The position numbers were made by a program, and so were the translations under genes. From NCBI GenBank assembly GCA_040954595.2, contig CM082594.2:9552296-9616295 (forward strand): 64,000 nucleotides of DNA. The letters run 5' to 3'. The notes beneath the pieces were generated by a model that saw nothing but the letters and a program-made list of their open reading frames with translations, was not told the origin of the DNA and did no database searches. How positions within the stretch are numbered: position 1 is the stretch's first letter; every line of letters starts with the position of its first letter. The stretch comes from Balanoglossus misakiensis (taxonomy: Eukaryota; Animalia; Hemichordata). Shown piece after piece: positions 63,146 to 64,000 of the stretch.

Positions 63146-64000
63146 CGAGATTATCAGTTATGGAAGGAAAGAGAAGCACAGGCAGATTTGGAAAGCAACT
63201 CTCCCCTACAGGTGAATGAAGTCAGTGATTCCCGGACTTCCTATCCATATCTACCAGAAACTGAAGAATTGCGTGGCATAACACTGGGAGATCGTCCAAG
63301 TGGTGAGTTTCTGATCCAAAGACATTGACCCAATTTGACCTTGGCGATGGTAGCTTTTTGAAAGGTTTGACTAGAAATCCATTTTAACTTCTTTCAGGAC
63401 CGATTGAAACTTTCGATGCGTACGTGTGCTTCTGTGATGCGGATAGGGACATTGTCTTTACAATGATGAGGCTACTAGAAAAACCGCCGTACAATTTGAA
63501 ACTTTGTGTGGAGTTCAGAGATCTTGTGCCAGGCACGGCATACGTCACTGCTACAGCAGAACTCATCACAAACAGGTAAACGTATTACTTTAATGGATAC
63601 ATATCTGAAATTACTGCACTAACTTTTATGAAATATGCAACAGATATTGATCTTAGTGATATATGATACTGATTTTCATAAATAAATTTTTGTTTAAATT
63701 TCAGATGCAAAAGATTGATTGTGATTTTGTCTCCAGAATTTTTAAAAAGTGAAGCCTGTGACTTCCAAGCCAAGGTGGCATTATCATATGCACCAGGTGA
63801 GTGTCTAGTGAACTTTGACCTTAGGTCAAACAAGAAACTGCAAGTGGTACTCTGGTCAAAAGTATAAAACGACCCACTTTTACAGCTAAGTAAAGTGAAC
63901 CTTGTTCTTTGATTTTATTTGATCAGATCTTATTTTCATGTTGGCTTCCTCTTTTTTTCCCCCCAGGTGCTAGAGCCAAACATATCATTCCGGTCATGTA
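62487..64000 (+). CDS. MYD88: MyD88 (death domain + intermediate domain + TIR), truncated at the window end
   Basis: Exons 62487-62808, 63144-63302, 63398-63575, 63705-63796, 63967->end. Death domain: LSRYLN..DWRDVADELEYDY..LL.HW..STVGKL..LERED. TIR: FDAYVCFC, LCVEFRDLVPG, RCKRLIVILSPEFLKSEACDFQAKVALS..PGA..IIP. The exon layout resembles vertebrate MYD88. Confidence 0.95.
63061..63142. repeat. (CT)24(CA)17 microsatellite abutting the MyD88 exon 2 acceptor
   Basis: Directly visible. The last CA plus G63143 forms the acceptor CAG. Confidence 0.95.

Overview
AT-rich, intron-containing animal DNA. It is probably an invertebrate deuterostome such as a hemichordate (inferred from gene content and repeats, not proven). 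I rebuilt gene models by hand from GT-AG sites and codon phase. In order: the first coding exon of a probable C21orf58-like gene (-, continuing leftwards); a possible decayed CxC/KDZ-type transposase relic (+, ~5.9-9.3 kb); about 13 kb without recognisable coding sequence; a 3-exon Crk-like SH2-SH3 adaptor (+); OS9 (-, 12 exons); TANC/rolling-pebbles (+, 18 exons; RING, STAND NTPase, ankyrin, TPR); three paralogous double-hotdog acyl-ACP-thioesterase-like genes (-,-,+), one lacking the catalytic residues; a gene with a long disordered region plus a degenerate GT4/GT-B glycosyltransferase-like domain (-); and MyD88 (+, runs off the right edge). The GT4-like gene and MyD88 are head-to-head across a region with a palindromic NF-kB site. 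The 53-64 kb block is the best candidate for an undescribed innate-immunity module. Homology calls come from remembered motifs, not database searches.
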